This document shows, piece after piece, positions 1 to 9,576 of a stretch of DNA of 64,000 nucleotides; the stretch's first letter is position 1, and every line of letters begins with the position of its first letter. A program made the position numbers and the translations under genes. Location of the stretch: positions 4,448,001-4,512,000 of the forward strand of contig OY969763.1 of assembly GCA_963702845.1 (NCBI GenBank). Direction: 5' to 3'. The DNA comes from an uncultured Verrucomicrobiae bacterium (GTDB taxonomy: Bacteria > Verrucomicrobiota > Verrucomicrobiia > Limisphaerales > Palsa-1400). The notes under the pieces are model-generated. The model saw nothing but the letters and a program-made list of their open reading frames with translations, did not search any database and was not told where the DNA came from.

Positions 1-103
1 CTTCGAAGGATTGTTCGGCAGCAGACGCGGATAGAGCTACTAACACGCAACCGACCGCCAGTCGGCGATACAGCAGATTAACAATCTGCGTTGCCGTTCT
101 CAT
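1..103 (-). CDS. 5' part of a probable secreted protein (runs off window edge)
   Basis: ATG at 103 overlaps the stop of the ABC ATPase (ATGA); translates [34 protein letters not shown], signal-peptide-like. Confidence 0.55.
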   Translation of the reverse strand, partial: MRTATQIVNLLYRRLAVGCVLVALSASAAEQSFE

Positions 104-789
104 TCGGGCATGGAGTTCGTCAACTGCCCTTTGTTCAGGTAGAGCGTGCGGCTGGCACGATGGGAGGCATGCGGGTCGTGCGTGACCATGATGATCGTTT
201 TCCCCTGCTCGCGGTTGAGCGCTTGCAGCAGGGACAAAATTTCGTCGCCGGATTTGCGGTCGAGGTCACCGGTCGGTTCATCGCACAGGAGAATCGTTGG
301 GTCGGCTGCGATGGCGCGAGCGATTCCGACGCGCTGCTGTTCACCGCCGGAAAGCTGTCGCGGAAAATGTTTCATGCGATGACCGAGGCCGACGATACTC
401 AACGCAATCTCAACGTGGCGCTTGCGTTCGGCTTTGTTGAGCGGCGTTAGCAGAAGCGGGATTTCAACATTGCGCTCGGCGGTCAACGCGGGAAGCAGGT
501 TGTAGAGCTGGAACACGAAACCGATATGGCGCGAGCGCCAGGCGGCCAATTGACGATCATTCAAATCCGCAATTGTCTCTCCGCCGATGACCACTTCGCC
601 TTTGCTTGGCCGATCGAGACCGCCGATTAAATTGAGGAGAGTGCTTTTTCCCGAACCGGATGGACCCATCAACGCGAGGAATTCGCCCTGAGGAACTTCG
701 AGGTTCAGATTTTGCAGAACGTGGATGTCCTCCGAGCCGCGTCGGAACACTTTGTCGACATTCGTAATTTGTAGGAGCGGTTGGCTCAT
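100..789 (-). CDS. ABC transporter ATP-binding protein (LolD/MacB-type)
   Basis: Walker [10 protein letters not shown], signature LSGGEQQRV, Walker B LLCDEPT, H-loop VTHD. Confidence 0.95.
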   Translation of the reverse strand: MSQPLLQITNVDKVFRRGSEDIHVLQNLNLEVPQGEFLALMGPSGSGKSTLLNLIGGLDRPSKGEVVIGGETIADLNDRQLAAWRSRHIGFVFQLYNLLPALTAERNVEIPLLLTPLNKAERKRHVEIALSIVGLGHRMKHFPRQLSGGEQQRVGIARAIAADPTILLCDEPTGDLDRKSGDEILSLLQALNREQGKTIIMVTHDPHASHRASRTLYLNKGQLTNSMPE

Positions 790-791
790 GG

Positions 792-2012
792 TCAGAGCTT
801 GGTTTCTTTGACGCGGTCGTTGTCTTTGAGGTTCTCTGGTCCTTCGACGACAACGTGCTCGCCACTCTTCACGTTTGAAAGCACGGTGATTTCGTCACCG
901 CGTGTCGCTCCGGTTTTGACGGCGCGACGCTCAACTTTGTTGTCAGCGACAATGAAGACGATGTCCTGCTCACCGTCCTTGCGTAATGCAGTTTTCGGAA
1001 CGGTGATGCCGCCAATTTGAGCGGCGGTATCGTTTGCATTGTGTTGGAAGGAAACTTTTACGCCCATGTCCGGCAGGATGCGCTTGTCGAGTTTATCGAA
1101 ACCAATCCGAACTTTGACAGTCGCTTTCTGGCGATCGGCTGTCGGAATGATAGCGATGACTTTGCACGGGATGTGCCAGTCCTGATAGGCGTCCAATACA
1201 GCGTCGACCGGTTGTCCGGCATCGACACGATTGATATAATTTTCGTTCACGTCGACTTCGATTTCGAGCGAAGCCATGTCGACAATGGTGCCGATACCCG
1301 TGCGGGTGAAGCCGCCGCCCGCCGACATCGGCGAAATAATTTCACCCGGTTGAGCGGATTTGGAAACGATGACGCCGGGGAACGGCGCGCGAATGATGGT
1401 GTCGTCGAGTTGTTGTTGCCAAGTCGCGAGGTCGCGTTCGGCCACGATAATTTCGACTTTCTGACGCGCGAGACGGGCCTTGAGGGTGTCGGCGTCGGAT
1501 TGGGCTTTGTCGAGATCGGCTTGGGTCGAAATTTTGTGCGCAAACAAATCAGACGTGCGTTTGAGATCGCGTTTGGCTTGTTCCAATTGCGTCGCGGTTT
1601 CTTCGATGGCGATTTTGGCGACCTCAAGCTGGGCTTTGGAATGGTTGAGACTGGTTTCGATGTTCGACGGATCGATGCGCGCGAGCACCTGGCCGATGAC
1701 AACGTGTTGACCTTCGTCGAATAGCACTTCGGTAACCTGGCCGGTCACTTTCGATGAAACGGTTGCCTGGCGGCGTGCAGTGACGTAGCCGGAGGCGTTC
1801 AACACAGTTTGCGATCCGCCGGCGCCCGTAGCCGGTTCTGCAACGGTAAAAGTTTTGACTTCGGGAGTCGCTTTGCGCGAAGCCCACGCGTAAGCGCCAA
1901 ATCCAAGAAGGGCAATAATGAGGATGACGAGAAAAACCCGCCCCCACGGAAATGGATCGCGCGCGCGACTGCGATCAATTTTTAGTTCATCGAGCTTTTT
2001 GATAGTTTCCAA
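792..2012 (-). CDS. Efflux RND/MacA-type periplasmic adaptor subunit
   Basis: N-terminal TM anchor, ASGYV...VSSKVTGQV, coiled-coil hairpin, IRAPFPG lipoyl-like motif; adjacent to ABC ATPase. Confidence 0.9.
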   Translation of the reverse strand: METIKKLDELKIDRSRARDPFPWGRVFLVILIIALLGFGAYAWASRKATPEVKTFTVAEPATGAGGSQTVLNASGYVTARRQATVSSKVTGQVTEVLFDEGQHVVIGQVLARIDPSNIETSLNHSKAQLEVAKIAIEETATQLEQAKRDLKRTSDLFAHKISTQADLDKAQSDADTLKARLARQKVEIIVAERDLATWQQQLDDTIIRAPFPGVIVSKSAQPGEIISPMSAGGGFTRTGIGTIVDMASLEIEVDVNENYINRVDAGQPVDAVLDAYQDWHIPCKVIAIIPTADRQKATVKVRIGFDKLDKRILPDMGVKVSFQHNANDTAAQIGGITVPKTALRKDGEQDIVFIVADNKVERRAVKTGATRGDEITVLSNVKSGEHVVVEGPENLKDNDRVKETKL

Positions 2013-2109
2013 GACGTAACAGCTTTCGATATAGCGTGGGAAAGGTCAAGATTAAGGAGGCTAACTTAACATCCCCGATCCAATTAGATTTGCTTTAGAA
2101 TGGGACAGT

Positions 2110-2135
2110 GGCGCGCGCGGAGCGACGCGCCCTAC
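2110..2135 (-). repeat. GTAG-type REP-like palindrome
   Basis: GTAGGGCGCGTCGCTCCGCGCGCGCC on minus strand; supplies the TAG stop of the upstream gene. Confidence 0.6.
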
Positions 2136-3073
2136 CTTTCGGCGGCAACGAAATCTGCAACCAACGGACGATGATCGGAGGCGAGGCCCCAATCAGGTGA
2201 ACTAAACACGTAGGTGTCTTCGTTCAACCATTCGTGAGACATGCCGCGGCTGACGAGGATGTAGTCGATGCGACTGAACACATCTTGTTTGGAGAAATGA
2301 TAAGTCCAGGTGACGGCGTGTTCGTCGCTCGAAATATGCGGCGGATGCGGACGTTCGGCGGGACGCAAATCGAAGAGTGGGTTCAGGCCGGTGCCAACGA
2401 TCTCCTTCATCGGTGCTGAGTCGCGGGTGTCGTTGAAGTCGCCGACAACAACAAGATTCAACTCGGGATTGGCCGCCAGGCGCATGTCGACGAGTTCGCG
2501 CAACCGCATCGCTTCCTGTAAACGTTCCTCGGCTTCATCCGCATTTCCCACGGCCAGACGGGATTTCAGATGGGCAGCAATCAATGTGAAGCGATATTTT
2601 GGAGTAATCTCGATATCCACTTCGGCGAAACCACGGCTGACAAAATGGCGATGTGAGCCGAGCAGGAACGCATCGTTCGTGTGTGGGAGGCGCGAGGTGA
2701 TGGGGAATCTGCTAAGGATTGCGAGGTGAATGTTGGTGTCGTGCCCGGTAATGTGTTCCCAAAATGGCAGATCCAAGCCACCGTTTTTGAGCGAGCTCTG
2801 CAGTTCCATCAAGGCATTGGTCGTGCCCATTTCTTCGATCGAAATGACGTCTGGTTTGATGGCAAGAATGTTTTCGCAAACCTTTGCCTTTGCTTCAGCA
2901 GGCTTTGCTTTGCGACGGGCGGAGGGATGGTCGAGATAACTTTCCACATTGTAAGTGGCGACGCGAAACGTTTGCTCGCCCGCGTTGCTGAGCTGCGCCG
3001 ATATCAAAAGCAACAAGCCAATTGCTCGTCCAAACATGGCGCGCAGCTTATTGGCTAACGCGGTTTGCGTCAC
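2132..3073 (-). CDS. Endonuclease/exonuclease/phosphatase family protein (secreted; start may be 3037)
   Basis: ATYNVE, GDFND, IDYIL and SDHRP motifs of the EEP fold; signal peptide. Confidence 0.9.
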   Translation of the reverse strand: MTQTALANKLRAMFGRAIGLLLLISAQLSNAGEQTFRVATYNVESYLDHPSARRKAKPAEAKAKVCENILAIKPDVISIEEMGTTNALMELQSSLKNGGLDLPFWEHITGHDTNIHLAILSRFPITSRLPHTNDAFLLGSHRHFVSRGFAEVDIEITPKYRFTLIAAHLKSRLAVGNADEAEERLQEAMRLRELVDMRLAANPELNLVVVGDFNDTRDSAPMKEIVGTGLNPLFDLRPAERPHPPHISSDEHAVTWTYHFSKQDVFSRIDYILVSRGMSHEWLNEDTYVFSSPDWGLASDHRPLVADFVAAER

Positions 3074-3116
3074 GTAACATTTGCGCTGACACCTGCGTCT
3101 CTGCTATCTCAAACAT

Positions 3117-4010
3117 ATGAACCGCCGCCAATTTCTTCGCACTTCTCTCGGAGCCACTGTTGCTTTCGCTGGATTGAGCACGTTCAACCGCACCGCCGAA
3201 GCAATCGAACCTTTCAAACGTTCTGGCTCACCGCGGTTCAAACTGAGCATGTGCGCGTACTCGTGGCGCGACGCGTTGAAGGTGCACAAGATGGACATGT
3301 TCCAGTTCGTCGATTACTGCGCCGACCACGGTTGCGATGGCGCGGAATTGACTTCGTATTATTTTCCGAAGGACATGGACGATGCGTGGTTGGCAAAATT
3401 CAAACGGCACATGCATTTGCGGCGACTTTCGGCGAGTGGCACGTCGGTTGGTAACGATTTCACTTTGCCCAGTGACAAACTGCCGGCCCAAATTGAGCTC
3501 ACGAAAAAATGGATCGATCACGCCGAATTTCTCGGAGCGCCTTACGTGCGGGTCTTTGCCGGCATGTCGAAGCAAAGTGATCCGGCCCAGGCAACCGAGC
3601 GTTGCATCGCATCTTTGAAAGAGTGCTGCGAATACTCCGGCAAAAAAGGAATTTTCCTAGGACTCGAGAACCATCACGGCATCGTTGCTGAGCCGGAACA
3701 AATTATTCATATCGTGAATGCGGTGGACAGCGAGTGGCTCGGCATCAACTGCGACACGGCAAATTTTCAAACTGCCGATCCATACGCGAGCCTGGAAAAA
3801 ATTGCGCCCTACGCGATCAACGTACACTTCAAAGGTGAAATCCATCCGAAGGGCCGCGAGAAGGAGAAAGTGCCTGCCGATTTGCCGCGCCTGATGAAAA
3901 TTTTGCGCGACGTGAATTATCAGGGCTACCTCGCGCTGGAATACGAATCTGCCGAAGCACCCGCGACCGGCATTCCCAAACTGCTCACGCGCATGCGCGA
4001 GCTGATGTAA
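3117..4010 (+). CDS. Sugar phosphate isomerase/epimerase family TIM-barrel protein with Tat signal
   Basis: NRRQFL twin-arginine signal; LENH, DTAN, VHFK, LEYE metal motifs. Confidence 0.88.
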   Translation: MNRRQFLRTSLGATVAFAGLSTFNRTAEAIEPFKRSGSPRFKLSMCAYSWRDALKVHKMDMFQFVDYCADHGCDGAELTSYYFPKDMDDAWLAKFKRHMHLRRLSASGTSVGNDFTLPSDKLPAQIELTKKWIDHAEFLGAPYVRVFAGMSKQSDPAQATERCIASLKECCEYSGKKGIFLGLENHHGIVAEPEQIIHIVNAVDSEWLGINCDTANFQTADPYASLEKIAPYAINVHFKGEIHPKGREKEKVPADLPRLMKILRDVNYQGYLALEYESAEAPATGIPKLLTRMRELM

Positions 4011-4030
4011 TCTCTGTTTTCTGCAGCGCC

Positions 4031-5131
4031 TTAGTTTCGCGGGAGCACATCAACGATCGGAGCGCCAGCTTTAGGATTTTCGGTTTGAAAATTTTCGCCA
4101 AGCAACGCTGCGATCGTTGCGGCGATTTGACTGTGGGTGATCGGTTGGCAACTAGTCCGTTCCCCGAGCGGGGCGGTGTCGGGACCAAGGACTGCAAGCC
4201 ACGTATATTCGGCGCCAGGAATGGAAACGCCGTGGTGTTTCCAATTTTCAGGACCGCTGCCGCGACCATGATCGCAGGTGATGATGAAAGTCGTTTTGTT
4301 TTTGTATTGCGGAATCGACTGCACAGTTTTCCACAGGCGCGCGATGAAGTCGTCGGCGTGCTCAGCCGCTGAGAGGTAAAGATCATAGCGACCGTTGTGA
4401 GCCCACTCATCAGTTTCGCCGAAACCAATGAAAACTGCTCGAGGCTTTTTCTCTTTCACGTAGTCGGATGCGCCCTGAAACAGGAACGAGTCAAAGGTAA
4501 TACCCGAGCCCATCGCTTCGGTCGTGTCCTGAAATAGTTTTTCTAAAACCGGCGCGGTATGGATTTCGTTCTTCACAAATTTCTTCTCCCAAACCGGCCA
4601 AATTGGCAAGGCACTGCGCTCGTCATTAAAAATGTAGGCAAACACGTCCCAGTTTCCAAAAACGGCAACGCGGTTTTTGAAAGGTCGCTGACCCGTGAGC
4701 CATTCGAAAACGTTGGTGTTCGGATTTGGCACCTTGTCATTGCTGTTGATGCGGTTGTCCGGCGCGCCGGTCAAAACCTCGTTGTAGCCGGGGTAAGAAA
4801 ACTTTTTCCCATTCGTGACCGTTGCGATGCTGCCCTTGTTGGTGTTGCCGAAGAGTTGACCGTGCTTTGCGATTTCGTTCCAAAAAAACGGCATGAGCGC
4901 TTCGCGCCGTTGCTCAGGTGTTTCGCGCCATAATTGCTTACGAGTAGCATCAACGTTCAAAACACCACCATTCGTTTTGTTCAGCAACTGCCCTTCCGCT
5001 CCACCAAAGACTTCTTGCCACCGCAACCCATCGCTCATGATTAAGAAAACGTTTTCCGTTTTCCGCTTTTCTGCATGAGCAGAAAAAATGATCGCGAAAA
5101 TAACTATGAGTTGAATCAGGTTCCGTTTCAC
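4031..5131 (-). CDS. Alkaline phosphatase/phosphoglyceromutase superfamily protein
   Basis: DGLRWQE, SYPGYNE, ETDEWAH, TCDHGRG motifs; signal peptide. Confidence 0.85.
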   Translation of the reverse strand: MKRNLIQLIVIFAIIFSAHAEKRKTENVFLIMSDGLRWQEVFGGAEGQLLNKTNGGVLNVDATRKQLWRETPEQRREALMPFFWNEIAKHGQLFGNTNKGSIATVTNGKKFSYPGYNEVLTGAPDNRINSNDKVPNPNTNVFEWLTGQRPFKNRVAVFGNWDVFAYIFNDERSALPIWPVWEKKFVKNEIHTAPVLEKLFQDTTEAMGSGITFDSFLFQGASDYVKEKKPRAVFIGFGETDEWAHNGRYDLYLSAAEHADDFIARLWKTVQSIPQYKNKTTFIITCDHGRGSGPENWKHHGVSIPGAEYTWLAVLGPDTAPLGERTSCQPITHSQIAATIAALLGENFQTENPKAGAPIVDVLPRN

Positions 5132-5225
5132 TGCTTTTGGATTCGAAACTGTAGAACTTTATTCGGAAAGAAAAAACGGATTACCCGATTTGTATTCAGG
5201 TAATCCGTCGCAATTCAAATTACAA

Positions 5226-5522
5226 TCAACTCTCGATGACGTTGATTTCGACCGGCTCGACTTTGATGCCCTGCTTTTCCAGCCAGGTAACGGCGGCTTT
5301 AACGTCGTCGCGTTTGCCGTCGAGCTCAAGGCAGACGATGCCGATTTCATCGGTCACGCTGGCTTGGCGCACGTTGGTGATGACCGGGAATTTGTGGCCC
5401 AACTCCCAAATGACGGGGCTGGTGATCTGTTTCGGGGGATACATCAGCCAGAAACGCGCCTGGCGCGGCTGACTGCCGTTCCCCTTAGCTGGTTTAGCTT
5501 TAGCTTTTGTTTTTGCGGCCAT
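5226..5522 (-). CDS. NIL-domain protein
   Basis: PVIWELGHKF-V-TNVRQASV...GIVCLELDG...GIKVEP pattern of stand-alone NIL proteins; last gene of the thrC-like operon. Confidence 0.8.
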   Translation of the reverse strand: MAAKTKAKAKPAKGNGSQPRQARFWLMYPPKQITSPVIWELGHKFPVITNVRQASVTDEIGIVCLELDGKRDDVKAAVTWLEKQGIKVEPVEINVIES

Positions 5523-5533
5523 GTGTCCTCCAA

Positions 5534-5809
5534 TTAACCACCAGCGATCGCGGGGATGATGCTGATTTCGTCACCATCTTTGAGCGCGGTCTGTTGATTT
5601 TGCAAAAAGCGAATGTCTTCTTCGTTGACGTAAACATTGACGAATTTGCGGACGTTGCCGGTGTCGTCGATAAGACGCTCTTTGATGCCGGGATAACGGT
5701 TTTGCAATTCAGTGAATGCACCGCCGACGGTGGTCGCGTCGATCTGGACCAGTTCTTCATCGTGCGTCAGCTTACGCAACGGGGTAGGAATTCGTACTTT
5801 TACTGCCAT
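5534..5809 (-). CDS. MoaD/ThiS/CysO-type ubiquitin-like sulfur carrier protein
   Basis: MAVKVRIPTPLR...FVNVYVNEEDIRFL...IPAIAGG with C-terminal Gly-Gly; true start at 5809. Confidence 0.93.
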   Translation of the reverse strand: MAVKVRIPTPLRKLTHDEELVQIDATTVGGAFTELQNRYPGIKERLIDDTGNVRKFVNVYVNEEDIRFLQNQQTALKDGDEISIIPAIAGG

Positions 5810-5822
5810 AAAAAATTTTCGG

Positions 5823-7082
5823 TTAAGCGTTAACGGTGCGGTTCTCCGCTTCCAACAAGCCTTCAAACTCGCGCAAGCTCGGGCGGATTTCGCGCGTTTC
5901 ACCAACGTGACCGACGACTGCATCGAGGGTCTTGAGACCATTGCCGGTGACGCACAAGACCGCGGAATCATTGGCCGGAATCTTGCCACTGGCAATGAGT
6001 TTCTTGGCGACCGCAACAGTGACACCACCAGCGGTTTCGCAGAAAATGCCTTCGCATTCCGCGAGATCTTTGATGCCTTCGCGAATCTGATCGTCGGTGA
6101 CGTCGTCGGCGTGGCCGTCGGTTTCTTTCATCACTTTCAATGCGTAGAAACCATCCGCAGGCGTGCCGATAGCGAGCGACTTCGCAATGGTGTTCGGCTT
6201 GACCGGTTTGAAGAAATCGAGCCCGGCTTTTTGCGCGACGGAAATCGGCGAACAACCGGTCGGTTGCGCGCCGTGAATGTGATATTTCGCTTCCGAAACG
6301 AGACCGAGCTTGATGGCTTCCTGATATGATTTGTGAATTTTCGTGAGCAACGAACCAGATGCCATCGGGATGACGGTGTGCTTGGGCACTTTCCAACCCG
6401 ATTGTTCCAAAATTTCGAACCCCATGCTCTTGGAGCCTTCGGCGTAATACGGCCTCATGTTGACGTTCACAAACGCCCATTGATATTTGCCGGCAATTTC
6501 CGCGCAGAGACGATTCACTTCGTCGTAATGGCCTTTGATGGCAACCACCGTCGCGCCATAAACAAGCGAGTTCACAATTTTGCCTTGTTCGAGATCGGAC
6601 GGAATAAAAACATAAGCTTTCAGCCCAGCGGAAGCCGCGTTCGCGGCGACTGAATTCGCAAGGTTACCTGTCGAAGCGCAAGCAACGGTCGTAAAACCAA
6701 GTTCACGCGCGCGGCTCAGGGCAACACTGACAACGCGATCTTTGAACGAGAGCGTCGGGTAATTGACGGTGTCATTCTTGATCCAGAGTTCACGAATTCC
6801 ATAACGGCCGCGCCAAACGATCAGCCTTGATCAGCGGCGTAAACCCGACTTCGCGACCGACAGTCGGTTCGTGCGCGATGGGCAGCAATTCGCGATAGCG
6901 CCACATGCTCTTCGCCGGGACTGGATGACTTCGCGCGTCAGAGCGGCTTTGATGCGGTCATAGTCATAGACCACTTCGAGCGGTCCGAAATCGAACTCGC
7001 AAACGTGGTTGGCAGTCAGCGGATATTCGCGTCCGCACTCGCGGCACTTGAGCGCCTTCATGAAGCCAGTAGCTTTTTCCAT
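5823..7082 (-). CDS. thrC: Threonine synthase-like PLP enzyme; frame disrupted by two compensating indels (~6914 and ~6808)
   Basis: N-terminal CRECG zinc knuckle, MWRYRELLP and GFTPL in the shifted frame, PTLSFKDR PLP-lysine motif, ASTGN, VTGNGLK; total span 1260 nt is in frame. Confidence 0.85.
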
Positions 7083-7128
7083 AAAACTTTCACATGCGAC
7101 TCACGCGTCGCGTTGTTTGCGTCGGGGT

Positions 7129-7161
7129 AATAAAAAACCCCTTCTCATCGAGGAGAAGAGG
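7129..7161 (-). terminator. Intrinsic terminator of the SAM riboswitch expression platform
   Basis: Minus strand CCTCTTCTC-CTCGAT-GAGAAGGGG followed by TTTTTTA. Confidence 0.8.
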
Positions 7162-7179
7162 CTAAAGCATCTGTGTCTC

Positions 7180-7313
7180 TTCTCATCTTTTCCTGAGCAA
7201 CGTCGCGCACTCGCGGACGTTCAAGCTGGATTTGGCACCTGTCATAACGAACGCCTTCGTTACCGGTTGCCGTGGTTTCATAGGGCCAGTCCCTCCACCA
7301 CTCTGAATGAGAT
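7180..7313 (-). ncRNA. SAM-I (S-box) riboswitch
   Basis: Minus strand TCTCATTCAGAGTGGTGGAGGGACTGGCCCTATGAAACCACGGCAACC...GGTGCCAAATCC...AAAGATGAGA matches the S-box consensus; P1 is TCTCAT/ATGAGA. Confidence 0.93.
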
Positions 7314-7394
7314 TCGTTATATCAACGAATACGGATAGATTGATTTATTGGTTGGGATCTGTCAACAGGTTTTTTACGAACCCGTAATCGCGAA

Positions 7395-8675
7395 CTACTT
7401 CGCAATTACCGCAACGTAGTTGCGTTTACCCTTACGCAACAGGATGTATTTGCCGAATAGCAAGTCGCTCGAGGTTGCGTGCCGCTGGAAATTGGCTTCG
7501 CGGATGTTGTTGATGTAAACGCCGCCACCTTCGACATCTTTTCGTGCCTGACCTTTGGACGTGGCCAGACCCGCGACAACCAGAAGTTCGACAAGCGGAA
7601 TCCCAGCCCCTTCCAGTTTTGCTTTTTCCATCTCCTTCGTCGGCGCTTCGCCGATGATGTCGTTGAAAGTGCTTTCCGAAATTCCTTCCAGGCCGCCCCC
7701 GAAAAGAATTTCGCTGGCACGCACGGCTTCAACAGTCGCGCCTTCGCCATGAATCAGATCAGTGACAGCTTTCGCTAACGCCTTATGCGCCGCGCGAGCT
7801 TCCGGCTGCTTCTCGTGTAGGGCCGCAAGTGCATCGATTTCTTCGCGAGTGAGGAACGTGAAATATTTCAGGTAACGAACGACGTCGCGATCATCGACGC
7901 GAATCCAAAATTGATAGAAACGATACGGACTGGTTTTCTTCGGATCCAGCCAGATGGCGCCCGCAACCGTTTTGCCAAATTTACTTCCATCCGCATTGGT
8001 GATGAGCGGCAGCGTCAGGCCATAAACACCAGCGCTGATTTTTTTGCGCGTAAGCTCGATGCCCGCGGTGATGTTGCCCCATTGATCCGTGCCGCCGATC
8101 TGCAGCTCGCAATTCATCGAGTTGCGCAGGTGATAAAAGTCGAAAGCCTGCAGCAGCATGTAACTGAATTCGGTGTAGCTGATGCCGGTTTCGCGATCTT
8201 CCATGCGCGCGCGAACACTTTCCTTCGCGATCATCTGATTCACCGAAAAGTGCTTTCCGATATCGCGCAGAAAATCCAGGAAGCTGACACCCGTGGTCCA
8301 ATCAGCGTTGTCCACCAACCGTGCCGGATTTGTTTTCGTTTCGAAATCCAACATCCGCGCAAGTTGCTTTTTCATTGCCGCGATGTTTGCGTCAAGGATG
8401 TCGCGCGTGAGAAGCTGTCGTTCAGCGGATTTGCCGCTTGGATCACCGACCATTCCGGTCGCGCCGCCTGCTACGGCAATGGCATGATGCCCAAGAAGCT
8501 GGAACCGTCGCAGCGCCAGCAACGGCACGAGACTGCCGACGTGAAGGCTGTCAGCTGTGGGATCAAATCCCGCGTAGAGCGTGATCGGCGCTTGCGCCAG
8601 GCGCGGACGCAGTTGCTCGCGATCGGTGCAATCAGCAACCAGACCGCGCCATTCCAATTCTTCGAAAATGTTCAT
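7395..8675 (-). CDS. tyrS: Tyrosine--tRNA ligase
   Basis: GFDPTADSLHVGS (HIGH), QIGGTDQWGNI, KFGKT (KMSKS), C-terminal S4 domain; start MNIFEELEWRG at 8675. Confidence 0.97.
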   Translation of the reverse strand: MNIFEELEWRGLVADCTDREQLRPRLAQAPITLYAGFDPTADSLHVGSLVPLLALRRFQLLGHHAIAVAGGATGMVGDPSGKSAERQLLTRDILDANIAAMKKQLARMLDFETKTNPARLVDNADWTTGVSFLDFLRDIGKHFSVNQMIAKESVRARMEDRETGISYTEFSYMLLQAFDFYHLRNSMNCELQIGGTDQWGNITAGIELTRKKISAGVYGLTLPLITNADGSKFGKTVAGAIWLDPKKTSPYRFYQFWIRVDDRDVVRYLKYFTFLTREEIDALAALHEKQPEARAAHKALAKAVTDLIHGEGATVEAVRASEILFGGGLEGISESTFNDIIGEAPTKEMEKAKLEGAGIPLVELLVVAGLATSKGQARKDVEGGGVYINNIREANFQRHATSSDLLFGKYILLRKGKRNYVAVIAK

Positions 8676-8787
8676 TTCAGCGGCCGAAATATTGAACCAC
8701 AGAGAACACAAAGAACGCAGAGATACAAATCTATGCGTTCTTTGCGGTGACTAAATTCTGCGCTGCACCACATGGTGCGGGCCGGGT

Positions 8788-8943
8788 TTATTGGTCGGCT
8801 TTGGTCTTGCGCAAACCCGTGACGCGATCGCCTTGTTTCCATTGGCCGCGCTTCTTTAGCACTTCGACTCGTTCAAAGCGCTTCATAACGTTGCCCTTTT
8901 TTCCAGATGTGCTCGCGGCACGCAGACTTCGATGTTGTGACAT
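8788..8943 (-). CDS. PVC-superphylum small basic protein (51 aa, below the ORF-track cutoff)
   Basis: Translated by hand: MSQHRSLRAASTSGKKGNVMKRFERVEVLKKRGQWKQGDRVTGLRKTKADQ. Confidence 0.88.
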   Translation of the reverse strand: MSQHRSLRAASTSGKKGNVMKRFERVEVLKKRGQWKQGDRVTGLRKTKADQ

Positions 8944-9064
8944 AAATTAAGCGGCAGATTCTATAGCACCGACTGAGCGGATTGCAAATGGCATCTTTCG
9001 AAAAAATGGTTGCCGAAAAGGTTCGGTATGGTATCGCTGTCAACCACAACTAATAAAACTAACC

Positions 9065-9547
9065 ATGATGGCGCGAATTCTCTCCTGTGTTTTAGGCATG
9101 GCCCTGGCAATTTCGGCAACCGCAGCCGATACGAAGCAGACTACTGCGAAAGTGTCTGCCGGCCCCGCGACGGCCACCAAAGCGCCAAAGCGTTATCCAT
9201 ATCACGCAAACGTTGCCGCCATCGATCCGAGCGCCAAAACCATCACGCTTGATGGCAAAAAGAAACAGCGTTTATTAAACATCACTCCGACGACACGCAT
9301 CCTCAAAGATAAAAAACCGGTCGCGCTTGAAACAATCAAGGTTGGTGAATACATCACCGGTTCACTCGTGGACACCGATGGCCGGCTTGAACCCACCACC
9401 GTCAACGTCGGCGGCACAGGCACGAAGCAACTTGCTCAAGCTCCAGCTTCAGCTACAACGCCGACCCAGAGCGCGAGCGAACCTCAGCAGAAATCAGCTG
9501 TGGGATCAGTAAAGACAAACCCCGCGATACCTCGGAAAAACCAATAG
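9065..9547 (+). CDS. Hypothetical secreted protein (small OB-fold-like)
   Basis: Signal peptide; AIDPSAKTITL...ITPTTRILKD...IKVGEYITG pattern. Confidence 0.7.
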   Translation: MMARILSCVLGMALAISATAADTKQTTAKVSAGPATATKAPKRYPYHANVAAIDPSAKTITLDGKKKQRLLNITPTTRILKDKKPVALETIKVGEYITGSLVDTDGRLEPTTVNVGGTGTKQLAQAPASATTPTQSASEPQQKSAVGSVKTNPAIPRKNQ

Positions 9548-9576
9548 CGACTGCGCGGCTGCAATCGCAGTTTCAG

